Source: an uncultured Verrucomicrobiae bacterium
Lineage (GTDB): Bacteria > Verrucomicrobiota > Verrucomicrobiia > Chthoniobacterales > Chthoniobacteraceae
Direction of reading: 5' to 3'
DNA: 64,000 nucleotides
Assembly (NCBI GenBank): GCA_963836755.1
Contig: CAWIKF010000002.1
Span: 2,048,001-2,112,000 of the forward strand
Shown: positions 29,312 to 38,646 of the stretch, one piece after another
Layout: every line of letters begins with the position of its first letter
Position numbering within the stretch: the stretch's first letter is position 1
Program-made: the position numbers and the translations under genes
Notes under the pieces: generated by a model
Told to the model about the DNA's origin: nothing
The model's input: only the letters and a program-made list of their open reading frames with translations
Database searches by the model: none

Positions 29312-30007
29312 ATGGCGTCGCTCACGATTCGCGAAATGCCCGCGGAAGATCGGCCGCGGGAAAAGCTCGCGACGCGCGGCGCTGGCGCACTGAGCGACAG
29401 CGAGCTGATCGCGATTTTGCTCCGCACCGGTCTGCCTGGCGCGAATGCCGTGGACGTCGCGCGCGAGCTTCTCACGCATTATAAATCGCTCGGCGCCCTC
29501 TCGCGCTGCACGGTCAAGGAGCTCGCGAAAATCAAAGGCATCGGCTTCGCAAAAGCCGTGCAGCTCGCCGCGGCGTTCGGCTTGGGAGCGCGGCTCGCGC
29601 GCGAAACTTTGACGCGATCGAAAATCGATACGCCCGAGCTGGTCTACGAATTGCTCGCGGCGGAAATGCGCGCGCTGCACAGGGAATCGCTGCGCGTCGT
29701 TCTGCTGGACACGCGTTATCATTTGTTGCGCATCGAGGAAATCGCGATCGGCAGCTTAAATGAAAGCATCGCGCATCCACGCGAAATTTTTCGCCCGGCG
29801 ATTCTTTACTCCGCCTTCGCGGTCATCGTCGCGCACAATCATCCATCTGGCGATCCGTCGCCGAGCGAAGCGGATCACCGGCTCACGCGGCGGCTCGCCG
29901 AGGCTGCGCAGCTTTTGCAAATCCAGTTACTCGACCACATCATCATCGGCGCGCCGGCCGATCATCGCGCGCCTTACTTTTCTTTCAAGGAAGCGGGCGT
30001 GCTTTGA
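29312..30007 (+). CDS. radC: RadC/UPF0758 JAB-domain protein
   Basis: RPREKL, HhH KGIG, HNHPSGDPSPSEAD and LDHIII motifs. Confidence 0.95.
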   Translation: MASLTIREMPAEDRPREKLATRGAGALSDSELIAILLRTGLPGANAVDVARELLTHYKSLGALSRCTVKELAKIKGIGFAKAVQLAAAFGLGARLARETLTRSKIDTPELVYELLAAEMRALHRESLRVVLLDTRYHLLRIEEIAIGSLNESIAHPREIFRPAILYSAFAVIVAHNHPSGDPSPSEADHRLTRRLAEAAQLLQIQLLDHIIIGAPADHRAPYFSFKEAGVL

Positions 30008-30032
30008 AAAAAAACTCGCCGCATCTTCGCTC

Positions 30033-30845
30033 GTGAGTGTTCATCCGACGGCGATCATTCATCCCGATGCGCGGCTTGCAGACGATGTCGAAATCGGCCC
30101 ATTCGTTTGCATTGATGGCCCCGCGATCATCGGTGCGGGTTGCGTGATCCAAGCGCACGCGATTTTAAACGGACACGTCCTGCTCGGTGAAAAAAACCTT
30201 GTCGGCTACGGCGCCGTGATCGGCACGCCGCCGCAGGATTTGTCTTTTGATCCCAATCGAAACAGTAGCGTCGTCATTGGCAATCGCAACGTCATCCGCG
30301 AACTTTGCACCATTCATCGCGCGACGACGGAGGGCGCATCAACGCAGGTCGGCGACGACAATTTCCTCATGGCCGGCGCCCATCTCGGGCACGACGTGCG
30401 CATCGGAAACAACGTCATCATCGCGAACAACGCGCTGCTCGGCGGCCACGTCGAAGTGCAGGACCGCGTCTTCATCGGCGGCGGCTCCGTCTTTCATCAA
30501 TTCATCCGCATCGGCCGCCTCGCCATCGTGCAAGGCAGCAGCGCATTCAGCAAAGACATCCCGCCCTGCTCGCTCGCCGCGGAGCGCAACACGGTCGCGG
30601 GCCTCAACGTCATCGGCATGCGCCGTGCGGGATTCAGTGTGGCGCAGCGGCAGGAAATGAAGGACGCATTCAAGCTGCTTTATAAAAGCGGACTCAACAC
30701 GAGCCAGGCGCTCGCGCGCGCGTGCGAACGCGAGTGGGGCGAGGAAGGCCGCGCTTACTTTGCATTCGTCGCCGCCGCAAAAAAACGCGGCATCTGCGAT
30801 CTGCTCGAAAGCGCGCGCGGCTCGCGCGAAGCCGACGAGAAATAA
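30033..30845 (+). CDS. lpxA: Acyl-ACP--UDP-N-acetylglucosamine O-acyltransferase
   Basis: Hexapeptide repeats, PQDL, TIHRAT, AHLGHD, HQF and GLNVIGMRR motifs. Start set at GTG 30033. Confidence 0.92.
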   Translation: MSVHPTAIIHPDARLADDVEIGPFVCIDGPAIIGAGCVIQAHAILNGHVLLGEKNLVGYGAVIGTPPQDLSFDPNRNSSVVIGNRNVIRELCTIHRATTEGASTQVGDDNFLMAGAHLGHDVRIGNNVIIANNALLGGHVEVQDRVFIGGGSVFHQFIRIGRLAIVQGSSAFSKDIPPCSLAAERNTVAGLNVIGMRRAGFSVAQRQEMKDAFKLLYKSGLNTSQALARACEREWGEEGRAYFAFVAAAKKRGICDLLESARGSREADEK

Positions 30846-30875
30846 AAAGCCGCGCTTCGTGAAAAGCGCGGCTTT
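30846..30875. terminator. Hairpin terminator between convergent lpxA and rpsU
   Basis: AAAGCCGCGCTT-cgtgaa-AAGCGCGGCTTT. Confidence 0.75.
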
Positions 30876-30895
30876 AAAAGTTTTGCGGAAAAAAA

Positions 30896-31090
30896 TTACG
30901 GATTGAAGCGATGCTTCATCTTCGCGCGCTTCGCATTTGCCTTCGCTTTGCGGCGCACTTTCTGGATCGGCGTTTCAAACGCACGCAGCCGGCGGACTTC
31001 GTCCATCACGCCTTCGGCATCGAGTTTATTTTTCAAGCGCTTGAGCGCGCGATCGATCGGCTCACCTTTTCTGACAATTACTTCGGGCAT
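30896..31090 (-). CDS. rpsU: 30S ribosomal protein S21
   Basis: MPEVIVRKGEPIDRALKRLK...FETP and a basic tail. Confidence 0.93.
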   Translation of the reverse strand: MPEVIVRKGEPIDRALKRLKNKLDAEGVMDEVRRLRAFETPIQKVRRKAKANAKRAKMKHRFNP

Positions 31091-31142
31091 GGCTTTGTTT
31101 TCTATTTTTAAAAGTTCAGCAAAATTCGTCTAACGGACTCCT

Positions 31143-31171
31143 AGGCTAGGCGAGAGTGGCCTTGCAGTCAA
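31143..31171 (-). promoter_or_regulatory. Putative sigma70 promoter of rpsU
   Basis: Minus strand TTGACT-N17-TAGCCT. Confidence 0.55.
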
Positions 31172-31212
31172 TTCTCAGTTCGATAATTTACAAATGGCTG
31201 TAAACGTAAGAC

Positions 31213-32052
31213 TTACAATCCACCTTTCCGCGTCTCCGCAGCCTCCAGCTGCTCTGTGAGCCGATCTTTTACCCGCTCAAAATCCTTGCGCGTGATTCGC
31301 TGCAGAAAGTCGCGAGCCTCGCTCGTATGGCCCATTTTCAAGCTCACGCGCGCCAGATTTGTGTAAGCGAAATCTTTGTCCGGGCTGATCTCGAGAAAGT
31401 GTTTCCACGCCTGCTGTGCGAGCAGCCAGTCGGGCGCATGGACGGTGTAAAATGCATCCGCGTAAGCTTTCGCGAACTCGATGTTGAACGGCTCGAGGTT
31501 TGCGGCCGTGTGAAATTCCTCCATCGCGCGCAATGCGACCGCGTCGTCGCTCGGCATTTGCACGTCGATTAAAGCATGGCGGAAAAGGTAAAGCGCGTTA
31601 CCGAGATCGAAATGATGCCGCGCATTTTTTGGCGCGAGTTCCGAAGCGCGCATGAGATAGCTGACGGCTTTTTTCACGTCGCCAAAGGTCAAATATGCGT
31701 CGCCAAGCCGAAATGCGATGGCGTCATTTTTTGGATCAATGTTTTCGCCGGCGAACCATTGCTCGAGCGCCTGGGCACGCTGGTCGCTCTGCCAAAGAAA
31801 AGCGCCGTAAGCTTCGCGGACGTTTGGGTCGCGCGGGTATTTTTGCACGAGCGCCGCGTAAACTTCCCCGACTTTTTGCAGCGTTGCCAAATCTGCTGGC
31901 GAATGTGCGGAACCTTGAAAACGCGTCGCGGCCGCATTTTCAAGCAACTGCGCCGCCCGCAAATCATCGGTTGCGGAATCGGCATACGCGACGGCTGACA
32001 GCATCAAGAACGGAACGAGAAAAAAACGCGCCTTCACTTTCAACCGCAACAT
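31213..32052 (-). CDS. Secreted TPR-repeat protein
   Basis: Signal peptide ending AYA and TPR-like helices (AYGAFLW, LGDAY, LGNALY, NLARV). Start uncertain. Confidence 0.75.
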   Translation of the reverse strand: MLRLKVKARFFLVPFLMLSAVAYADSATDDLRAAQLLENAAATRFQGSAHSPADLATLQKVGEVYAALVQKYPRDPNVREAYGAFLWQSDQRAQALEQWFAGENIDPKNDAIAFRLGDAYLTFGDVKKAVSYLMRASELAPKNARHHFDLGNALYLFRHALIDVQMPSDDAVALRAMEEFHTAANLEPFNIEFAKAYADAFYTVHAPDWLLAQQAWKHFLEISPDKDFAYTNLARVSLKMGHTSEARDFLQRITRKDFERVKDRLTEQLEAAETRKGGL

Positions 32053-32123
32053 CGTCCGCGCACCCGCGGCGGCAAAGACAAAACAATCCACAGCGCGCGC
32101 GCCGCGTGCTAGCTTGCGCTCCC

Positions 32124-33062
32124 ATGAAATCCAAAACGATCTTTGTCGCCGGTCATCGCGGTCTCGTCGGCGGCGCCATCGTCCGCGATTTGCAGGCGCA
32201 CGGCTGCACGCGCATCGTCACGCGGACGCGCGCGGAGCTTGATTTGATGCGGCTGGAGGAAGTGCGCCGCTTTTTCGAACAAGAGCGCCCGCAGATCGTG
32301 GTGGACGCGGCGGCGAAGGTCGGCGGCATCAAGGCGAACAACGATTTTCCGGTCGAGTTTCTACTCGATAATCTCGCGATTCAAAACAACGTCATCCGAT
32401 GCGCGCACGAGTTTGGCGTGGAGAAATTACTCTTCCTCGGCAGCTCCTGCATTTATCCAAAATTTGCTGAGCAGCCGATTTCAGAATCGGCACTGCTGAC
32501 AGGCGCGCTCGAGCCGACGAATGAAGCTTACGCGATCGCTAAAATCGCCGGCATCAAACTTTGCCAATCTTACGCGCGCGAGTATGGAAGCGATTTCATC
32601 AGCGCGATGCCGACGAATCTTTACGGCCCGGGCGACAACTTTGATCTGCAGAATTCGCACGTGCTTCCCGCGCTGTTGCGCAAAGTGCACGAGGCGAAAA
32701 AATCGGGCGCGCGCGAAGTGGTGGTGTGGGGCAGCGGAACGCCGCGGCGCGAATTTCTGCATGTGGACGATCTCGCAAAGGCGTGCCGCTTTCTTTTGGA
32801 AAAATATGATTCGCCGGAAATCGTCAACGTCGGCACCGGCGAGGATGTAACGATCCGCGAACTGGCCGAGTTGGTCTGCGATGTCGTCGGCTTTGAAGGC
32901 GCCCTCGCCTTTGACGCGAGCAAGCCCGACGGCACGCCGCGCAAACTGCTCGACATCTCGCGAATCAAGGCGCTGGGCTGGTCGCCGGCGATCACGCTGC
33001 GCGACGGCATCGCCGGGACCTATCGCTGGTTCCTGGAAAACGGCGCATGCGGTTCGCCGTAG
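32124..33062 (+). CDS. fcl: GDP-L-fucose synthase
   Basis: [40 protein letters not shown] and DGTPRK motifs. Start set at ATG 32124. Confidence 0.96.
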   Translation: MKSKTIFVAGHRGLVGGAIVRDLQAHGCTRIVTRTRAELDLMRLEEVRRFFEQERPQIVVDAAAKVGGIKANNDFPVEFLLDNLAIQNNVIRCAHEFGVEKLLFLGSSCIYPKFAEQPISESALLTGALEPTNEAYAIAKIAGIKLCQSYAREYGSDFISAMPTNLYGPGDNFDLQNSHVLPALLRKVHEAKKSGAREVVVWGSGTPRREFLHVDDLAKACRFLLEKYDSPEIVNVGTGEDVTIRELAELVCDVVGFEGALAFDASKPDGTPRKLLDISRIKALGWSPAITLRDGIAGTYRWFLENGACGSP

Positions 33063-33117
33063 CTGAGGCTTTACAACTGCGGCCCGTTTGCATTTAGCTG
33101 AGGCGGTTCCCCTCCTT

Positions 33118-34026
33118 ATGTCGCTGCAAAAAAGTTCCCTCGTCGCCGTTCTAATTTTGTCGCGCGTCGCCTTCTCGCAGGACGCCCAGCCGGTCGATAC
33201 CGCCTCGATGCTGCAGAATCTCCAGCAGATCGAGACCAAGCACGAAAGCGCTTTGAAAGCGCAGAACAACAAGCTCATTCAGGACCTGAGCGCGGCTGGC
33301 GCGGACAACAGCAGCGCGATCAACTTTTACCTGCAAGCGGTCGAGCAAGTGCAATTCCAGGGCCAGACGCGCGAGCACACGCAATTCCAGGAATGGAAAA
33401 AGAAGGACGCGAACCAGTTGAAGGATCCGGACATGCAGAATGCCGTGCGGCTGCATCTCAATTACCTCGTCATTTCGCTTCAGCACGCGATGGGCGCGAC
33501 CGTCGAGCAATTGATGCCGAGCCTGCTCAACTACGTGAATCAGGTCGAGACCGACCAGGACGCGATCGCGTCGCAGAACCTGATGAAGCAAAGCATCGCG
33601 AGCAGCATTTTCGTGAAATGGTATGGCCTCGGCGGGATGATCGTCGGATTGAAGGATTGGGAAATGTTGCCGGGCAATGTGGAGGGCATTTACTCCACGA
33701 CGTTGCTCCCCGAGATGCGCAAAAACAAAGACCCGCGCCTGCTGCAATATTGGGATCAAAAAATTTCACGCGAAGCGGCGCAGGCCTCGAAATCAAATCT
33801 CTCCTTCACCACACAGGATTTCGAGCAACTGCGCCGGCCGAAGCTGCTCTGGTCGCGCGCGCAGGATGAATTGCTGCTCGGCCAGCGCAATCGCGCGATC
33901 AGCGACATGTTTGCGCTGATCAAAAACTACGGCAATCATCCGAACGCTGGCGCGTGGATCAGCGAGCTGAAAGGAATCCTCGCACCAGCGCCTGCGGAAC
34001 CTTCCGCGACGCCGGCGGGAGGCTAA
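33118..34026 (+). CDS. Secreted alpha-helical hypothetical protein
   Basis: Signal-like N-terminus, Gln-rich helical body, strongly biased codon usage. Confidence 0.7.
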   Translation: MSLQKSSLVAVLILSRVAFSQDAQPVDTASMLQNLQQIETKHESALKAQNNKLIQDLSAAGADNSSAINFYLQAVEQVQFQGQTREHTQFQEWKKKDANQLKDPDMQNAVRLHLNYLVISLQHAMGATVEQLMPSLLNYVNQVETDQDAIASQNLMKQSIASSIFVKWYGLGGMIVGLKDWEMLPGNVEGIYSTTLLPEMRKNKDPRLLQYWDQKISREAAQASKSNLSFTTQDFEQLRRPKLLWSRAQDELLLGQRNRAISDMFALIKNYGNHPNAGAWISELKGILAPAPAEPSATPAGG

Positions 34027-34037
34027 GACAAAGTTCT

Positions 34038-35330
34038 TTACGCGCCGTCATGCACGCGCGCGGCAACTTTGAGCCGGAGCGCATTCAATGCGATAAAACC
34101 GCTCGCGTCGCTTTGGTTGTAAGCTTTCGTCGGGTCGGCTTCCATCGTCGCGATGTGCGGATTGTAAAGGCTCACGGGCGACTTGCGGCCAGCGGTGATG
34201 ATGTTTCCTTTGTATAACTTCAGCCGCACAATGCCTGTCACGTTGTTTTGCGTCTCGGTCACTAGCGCCTGCAGCGCGAGCCGCTCTGGCGCAAACCAGA
34301 AGCCGTTGTAAACGAGCGTCGAATATTTCGGGATCAGCGAGTCGCGCAAATGCATCACTTCGCGATCCATCGTGAGCGATTCGATCTGCCGATGCGCAAA
34401 GTGCAAAATTGCGCCGCCGGGGGTCTCGTAAACTCCGCGCGATTTCATGCCGACGAAACGATTCTCGACCAAATCGACGCGACCGACGCCATGTTTCCCG
34501 CCGAGTTTGTTGAGCACGCGCATGACCTGCAGCGGCGAAAGCGCGGCGCGATTTTCGGCATCGTATTCGCCGCTCGGCTGCTCGCCCAATTGATCGAGGA
34601 GCGCATCGAGACCGCCATATCCGAGCGCGGTGCAGATGCCTTTTTCAAAAACGAGTTCCACATATTCCGCCTCATCCGGCGCTTCCTCGGGCGACACGCT
34701 CAGCACATACATGTCGCGCGCGCTTTCCGCGCTGGCGTCAAACCACGGATCTTCCAGCATGCCGCTCTCGAAGCTGATGTGCAGAAGATTGCGATCCATC
34801 GAATACGATTTTTTCGCGCTTGCGGCGACCGGGATTTGATTTTTTTCCGCATACGCGATCATCTCGGCGCGACCGGGAAATTGTTCGCGAAAACGTTCCT
34901 GCCGCCACGGGGCGATCACTTGCAGCTCCGGCGCGAGCGCGGCTGCGGTCAGCTCGAAGCGCACCTGATCGTTTCCTTTGCCGGTCGCCCCGTGCGCGAT
35001 CGCATCGGCGTTTTCCGCGCGGGCAATCTCGACCATCCGTTTCGCGATCAAAGGCCGCGCGATGCTGGTGCCGAGAAAATATTGGTTTTCATAAATCGCG
35101 CCGGCCTGGATCATCGGAAAAATAAAATCGCGCGCAAATTCCTCGCGCAGATCGTCGATGAAACATTTCGCCGCGCCCGTCCGCAGCGCTTTCGCATCGA
35201 GCCCGTGCAATTCTTCCTCCTGGCCGACATCGGCACAAAAGGCGATGATTTCCGCGGAGTAGGTTTCCTTTAGCCATGTGAGCAAAACGGACGTGTCGAG
35301 TCCGCCGGAATACGCGACGACTATTTTCAT
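34038..35330 (-). CDS. argG: Argininosuccinate synthase
   Basis: [23 protein letters not shown] and [10 protein letters not shown] motifs. Start set at ATG 35330. Confidence 0.97.
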   Translation of the reverse strand: MKIVVAYSGGLDTSVLLTWLKETYSAEIIAFCADVGQEEELHGLDAKALRTGAAKCFIDDLREEFARDFIFPMIQAGAIYENQYFLGTSIARPLIAKRMVEIARAENADAIAHGATGKGNDQVRFELTAAALAPELQVIAPWRQERFREQFPGRAEMIAYAEKNQIPVAASAKKSYSMDRNLLHISFESGMLEDPWFDASAESARDMYVLSVSPEEAPDEAEYVELVFEKGICTALGYGGLDALLDQLGEQPSGEYDAENRAALSPLQVMRVLNKLGGKHGVGRVDLVENRFVGMKSRGVYETPGGAILHFAHRQIESLTMDREVMHLRDSLIPKYSTLVYNGFWFAPERLALQALVTETQNNVTGIVRLKLYKGNIITAGRKSPVSLYNPHIATMEADPTKAYNQSDASGFIALNALRLKVAARVHDGA

Positions 35331-35422
35331 AAGCGCGTTGTTGTAACCGCCACCGCGCGCGGAGGGAACACGCATTTTCGCGTGCTTGTGCTTTTCGCCG
35401 ATTCGCCGTTTGCTTTCGGGCC

Positions 35423-35767
35423 ATGGGCGACAAACTCGAGCAAGGTTTGGAAAAAGCGGGCATCGCCGGCGCGCGAAAGCATCTATTTATTTGCATCGGA
35501 CCCGATTGTTGCAAATCCCGCGAAGGCGAAGTGACGTGGGATCATATCAAGCGCCGCGTGAAGGAGTCTGGCGTCAAAGTTATGCGGACGAAGGCCGCCT
35601 GTTTTCGCATCTGCACCGGCGGGCCGTGGCTTGTGGTCTATCCGGACGGCATTTGGTATGGCGAGGTGACGCCTGAGCGATTCGAGCGGATTTTTGAAGA
35701 GCACGTTCTGGGCGGCGAGCCTGTTCGCGACTGGGTTGTCGCGGAGAACGATCTCGCGCGGCGTTGA
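35423..35767 (+). CDS. Thioredoxin-like [2Fe-2S] ferredoxin
   Basis: HLFIC...CC...[19 protein letters not shown]. Confidence 0.85.
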   Translation: MGDKLEQGLEKAGIAGARKHLFICIGPDCCKSREGEVTWDHIKRRVKESGVKVMRTKAACFRICTGGPWLVVYPDGIWYGEVTPERFERIFEEHVLGGEPVRDWVVAENDLARR

Positions 35768-35790
35768 AAGACCTTCCGTAAGATCGGAAG

Positions 35791-35806
35791 TGGCGTGGCG
35801 CTTGCT
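35791..35806 (+). promoter_or_regulatory. Putative sigma54 promoter
   Basis: TGGCGTGGCGCTTGCT, GG-N10-GC with TTGCT. Predicted +1 is about 35817. Confidence 0.6.
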
Positions 35807-35817
35807 ATGAGAGAGGC

Positions 35818-36969
35818 ATGCGTAATTTCAAAGTCGCTCTCGCCATCGGTGTGACGGCAGCCGCAGCGGTCGGCACCGCCGTCGCGTTCCGCCCGCACGC
35901 CGCCGCGCCTCAAGCCGCTGCGCCGGTCAAACCCGTTGCCGCCGCCGTCGCAAAGCCCGCGATGCGTGTGACACTGGATTTGCCCGCGGCACTTTTGCAA
36001 AATCGCGTTCGCGCTGAATTCAAGGGCAACGGCAAAGATCGGATCGCATTTACTTTGCATAACAACGGCGCGGAGCCGCTGCGGCTGCACATTGCCGGCG
36101 GGCAATTTTTCACGTCGGCAAAATCGAGCGTCGCATTGCTGCGCTCGTGCGATGTGGACATCGAACCGAACTCGCGCAAATCCGACGAATGGCACACCGT
36201 CGCGACGAGCTCCGCAAATTTGATCGGCGACGACGCCTTCAACATTTCCGCCGCGAAGTTGCCGCATCTCGACACACTTTTCGCCTATCTCGACGAACAT
36301 CCGGAAGTCCCGATCGGCGCCGCGCAAGCCGCCACACTCGCGCTGACCGAGAACGTGCCGCTGAGCGCTTTCGCAAGATTTTCCATGCCCGACGGCGGCG
36401 CGACTTCGAAGGTCGATACGACCGCTTTTAAAACAGACACGTGCGACATCGTCGCGGCGCTGATGGTTTTGCGGGACGCGAAACTTGATGCGCAGCTCGC
36501 GCTGGCCGTTGATCCGCAGCTCAAGATCGAGGCGATGATCGACCCGCTCGCGCACGCGATGGCGCTTCATTATTACGACATCCACGACGAGTGGGCTTAC
36601 TGGAAAAACGAGCTGCTGCAGGGCAATCTCGCGACGCGGCATTACGCGCTTTTCGGCATCGGCCGTTTTTACCCAGAGATCGCGGTGCAGATGCTGCCAA
36701 AGTGGATTCGCTCGCAGCAAACCAGCGCCGTGTTTCGCAAATCCGCCATTCAAGCGCTCGCGGAAACGCAGCAGCCGGAAGCTCTTGGAATCCTGCGCCA
36801 GCTCCAGAATGAATTCGGCGCCGGCAGTGAATACGGAAAAATCTCGCAGACAGCCGCTGACTATCTCGACGCGCAATTCAGCAAACCCGCGACCGCGAAG
36901 ACCGGCGTTCCATTTCGCGCCTCGAGAAATTTCGCGCAGCAAAAGCCGGTCATTGCCGCGATGAATTAA
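35818..36969 (+). CDS. Exported hypothetical protein with C-terminal HEAT-like repeats
   Basis: Hydrophobic N-terminus, beta-rich N-domain, and helical TRHYALFGIG / RKSAIQALAE segments. Confidence 0.65.
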   Translation: MRNFKVALAIGVTAAAAVGTAVAFRPHAAAPQAAAPVKPVAAAVAKPAMRVTLDLPAALLQNRVRAEFKGNGKDRIAFTLHNNGAEPLRLHIAGGQFFTSAKSSVALLRSCDVDIEPNSRKSDEWHTVATSSANLIGDDAFNISAAKLPHLDTLFAYLDEHPEVPIGAAQAATLALTENVPLSAFARFSMPDGGATSKVDTTAFKTDTCDIVAALMVLRDAKLDAQLALAVDPQLKIEAMIDPLAHAMALHYYDIHDEWAYWKNELLQGNLATRHYALFGIGRFYPEIAVQMLPKWIRSQQTSAVFRKSAIQALAETQQPEALGILRQLQNEFGAGSEYGKISQTAADYLDAQFSKPATAKTGVPFRASRNFAQQKPVIAAMN

Positions 36970-37120
36970 TTTCATTTTCCCCGCGCCTGCGTCGCGAGTG
37001 GATTCGTTCTGCTCGCGGCGCATTTTTTTTGCGCAAAAGCCGCTTGTGAAATTTTTCACAAAAGTCGCTTGCGCCGCGCCTTTGAGCGCACGTAGAGTTT
37101 TGCGCCTTCCGGCACGACGC

Positions 37121-38365
37121 ATGGCTCTGACCACACAAGAAATCGAATCGCCCGATACCGCCGCACGCGTCGCGCAGGTGGCCGCCGGCGACGATTTACT
37201 CGGCGAGAAATTGATTTTAAATATGGGGCCGTCTCATCCCGCGACGCATGGCGTGCTGCGGATCGTGCTGGAACTCGACGGCGAGCTGGTCACGAAAGCG
37301 ACGCCCGATGTCGGTTATCTCCATCGCGGCGACGAAAAAATCGCGGAGGCGATGCAATATAATCAGTTCGTTCCTTACACCGATCGGCTCGATTATCTGG
37401 CGCCGCTGGCGAATAACGTCGCCTACGCGCTCGCAGTGGAAAAGCTGATGGGCTGGGAGCTGCCGCCGCGCGGCCAGGCGATTCGCGTGATCTGCTGCGA
37501 GCTCGCGCGCATCTCGTCGCATCTGCTCGGGCTCGGCGCTTACGCGATGGATGTCGGCGCTATGACTGTGTTTCTTTACACATTCACGGAGCGCGAAAAA
37601 ATTTACAATTTGTGCGAGCAAATTTCCGGCGCGCGTTTTACGACCAGCTACACGCGCATCGGCGGCCAGACGCGCGATTTGCCGCCGGAGTTTTTCCCAT
37701 GCGTGCGAAAATTTCTCGATGAATTTCCGGCGAAAATCGACGAGTCGGACAATCTGCTCACGCGCAATCGGATTTGGATTGAGCGAACGCGCGACGTCGG
37801 CGTGATCACAAAGGAAAATGCGATCGACTACGGATTGTCCGGCCCGAACCTGCGCGGCTCCGGCGTCGATCACGACCTTCGGAAAAAGCATCCATATCTC
37901 GGTTACCAAAACTACGATTTTGACATTCCGGTCGGCAGCGTCGGCGACTGCTACGACCGCTATCTCGTGCGGCTGGAAGAGATGCGCCAAAGCGTCCGCA
38001 TTTTGAATCAAGCGCTCGCGAAGCTTCCGGATGGCCCGATCAACGTCGTCGATCCGAAAAATTTTCCACCGACGAAAACCGAGGTGCTTACGAAAATGGA
38101 GGAGCTTATCCACCATTTCATCATCCACACCGAAGGCCCCGACGTGCCTGCCGGCGAAATTTATTTCGGTGCGGAAAATCCGAAAGGCGAGCTCGGCTTT
38201 TACATCAACTCACGCGGCGGCGGCACACCGCATCGGCTGAAAATTCGCGCACCCTCTTTTTGCAATCTCAGCATCCTGCCCGCGCTTTTGCCGGGCCACA
38301 TGATGAGCGATGTCGTGGCGATCCTCGGCTCGCTCGATTTCGTGATGGGAGAATGTGACCGATGA
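37121..38365 (+). CDS. nuoD: NADH-quinone oxidoreductase subunit D
   Basis: NMGPSHPATHGVLR, GYLHRG, DRLDY, ENPKGELG and DFVMGECDR motifs. Start set at ATG 37121. Confidence 0.97.
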   Translation: MALTTQEIESPDTAARVAQVAAGDDLLGEKLILNMGPSHPATHGVLRIVLELDGELVTKATPDVGYLHRGDEKIAEAMQYNQFVPYTDRLDYLAPLANNVAYALAVEKLMGWELPPRGQAIRVICCELARISSHLLGLGAYAMDVGAMTVFLYTFTEREKIYNLCEQISGARFTTSYTRIGGQTRDLPPEFFPCVRKFLDEFPAKIDESDNLLTRNRIWIERTRDVGVITKENAIDYGLSGPNLRGSGVDHDLRKKHPYLGYQNYDFDIPVGSVGDCYDRYLVRLEEMRQSVRILNQALAKLPDGPINVVDPKNFPPTKTEVLTKMEELIHHFIIHTEGPDVPAGEIYFGAENPKGELGFYINSRGGGTPHRLKIRAPSFCNLSILPALLPGHMMSDVVAILGSLDFVMGECDR

Positions 38366-38646
38366 AATTCACGCCGCTGATCTTCATGCTCGCTCTCGGC
38401 CTCGGCGCATGCGGCCGACGCGTGACCGATACAAATCTCGATTGCGTGCGGCCCGACATGAGCACGAAGGAAGTCGAGTCGATTCTAGGCCAGCCGACGC
38501 GCGTCAAAACTCACGAGCTGACGCTGCTCACCGAAATGAAAACACTGCCGGCGCAGCGCTATTATTATGAGCAGGATGGCCAGACCGTGGAGCTGATTTT
38601 CGTGAACGACAAACTCGTCGGCAAAAACGGGAGTTTCAACAAATGA
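38362..38646 (+). CDS. Small lipoprotein (SmpA/BamE-like fold)
   Basis: Lipobox LGA^C and the PDMSTKEVESILGQP motif. ATGA overlaps on both sides. Confidence 0.75.
   Translation: MKFTPLIFMLALGLGACGRRVTDTNLDCVRPDMSTKEVESILGQPTRVKTHELTLLTEMKTLPAQRYYYEQDGQTVELIFVNDKLVGKNGSFNK

Noticed and set aside
29312..30007. radC as a marker of a mobile element
   Set aside because: It is the full-length HhH+JAB chromosomal form among housekeeping genes, with no integrase or att sites seen.
29760..30032. Long N-terminal extensions in the ORF track (lpxA, fcl, nuoM, nuoN, der, cyclase)
   Set aside because: They overlap neighbouring genes, and family homology starts at downstream start codons.
35638..37134. 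Long antisense ORFs (e.g. 498 aa here; 59554-60852; 48013-48912; 19573-20508)
   Set aside because: These are shadow frames opposite better-supported genes in GC-rich DNA and have no recognisable motifs.
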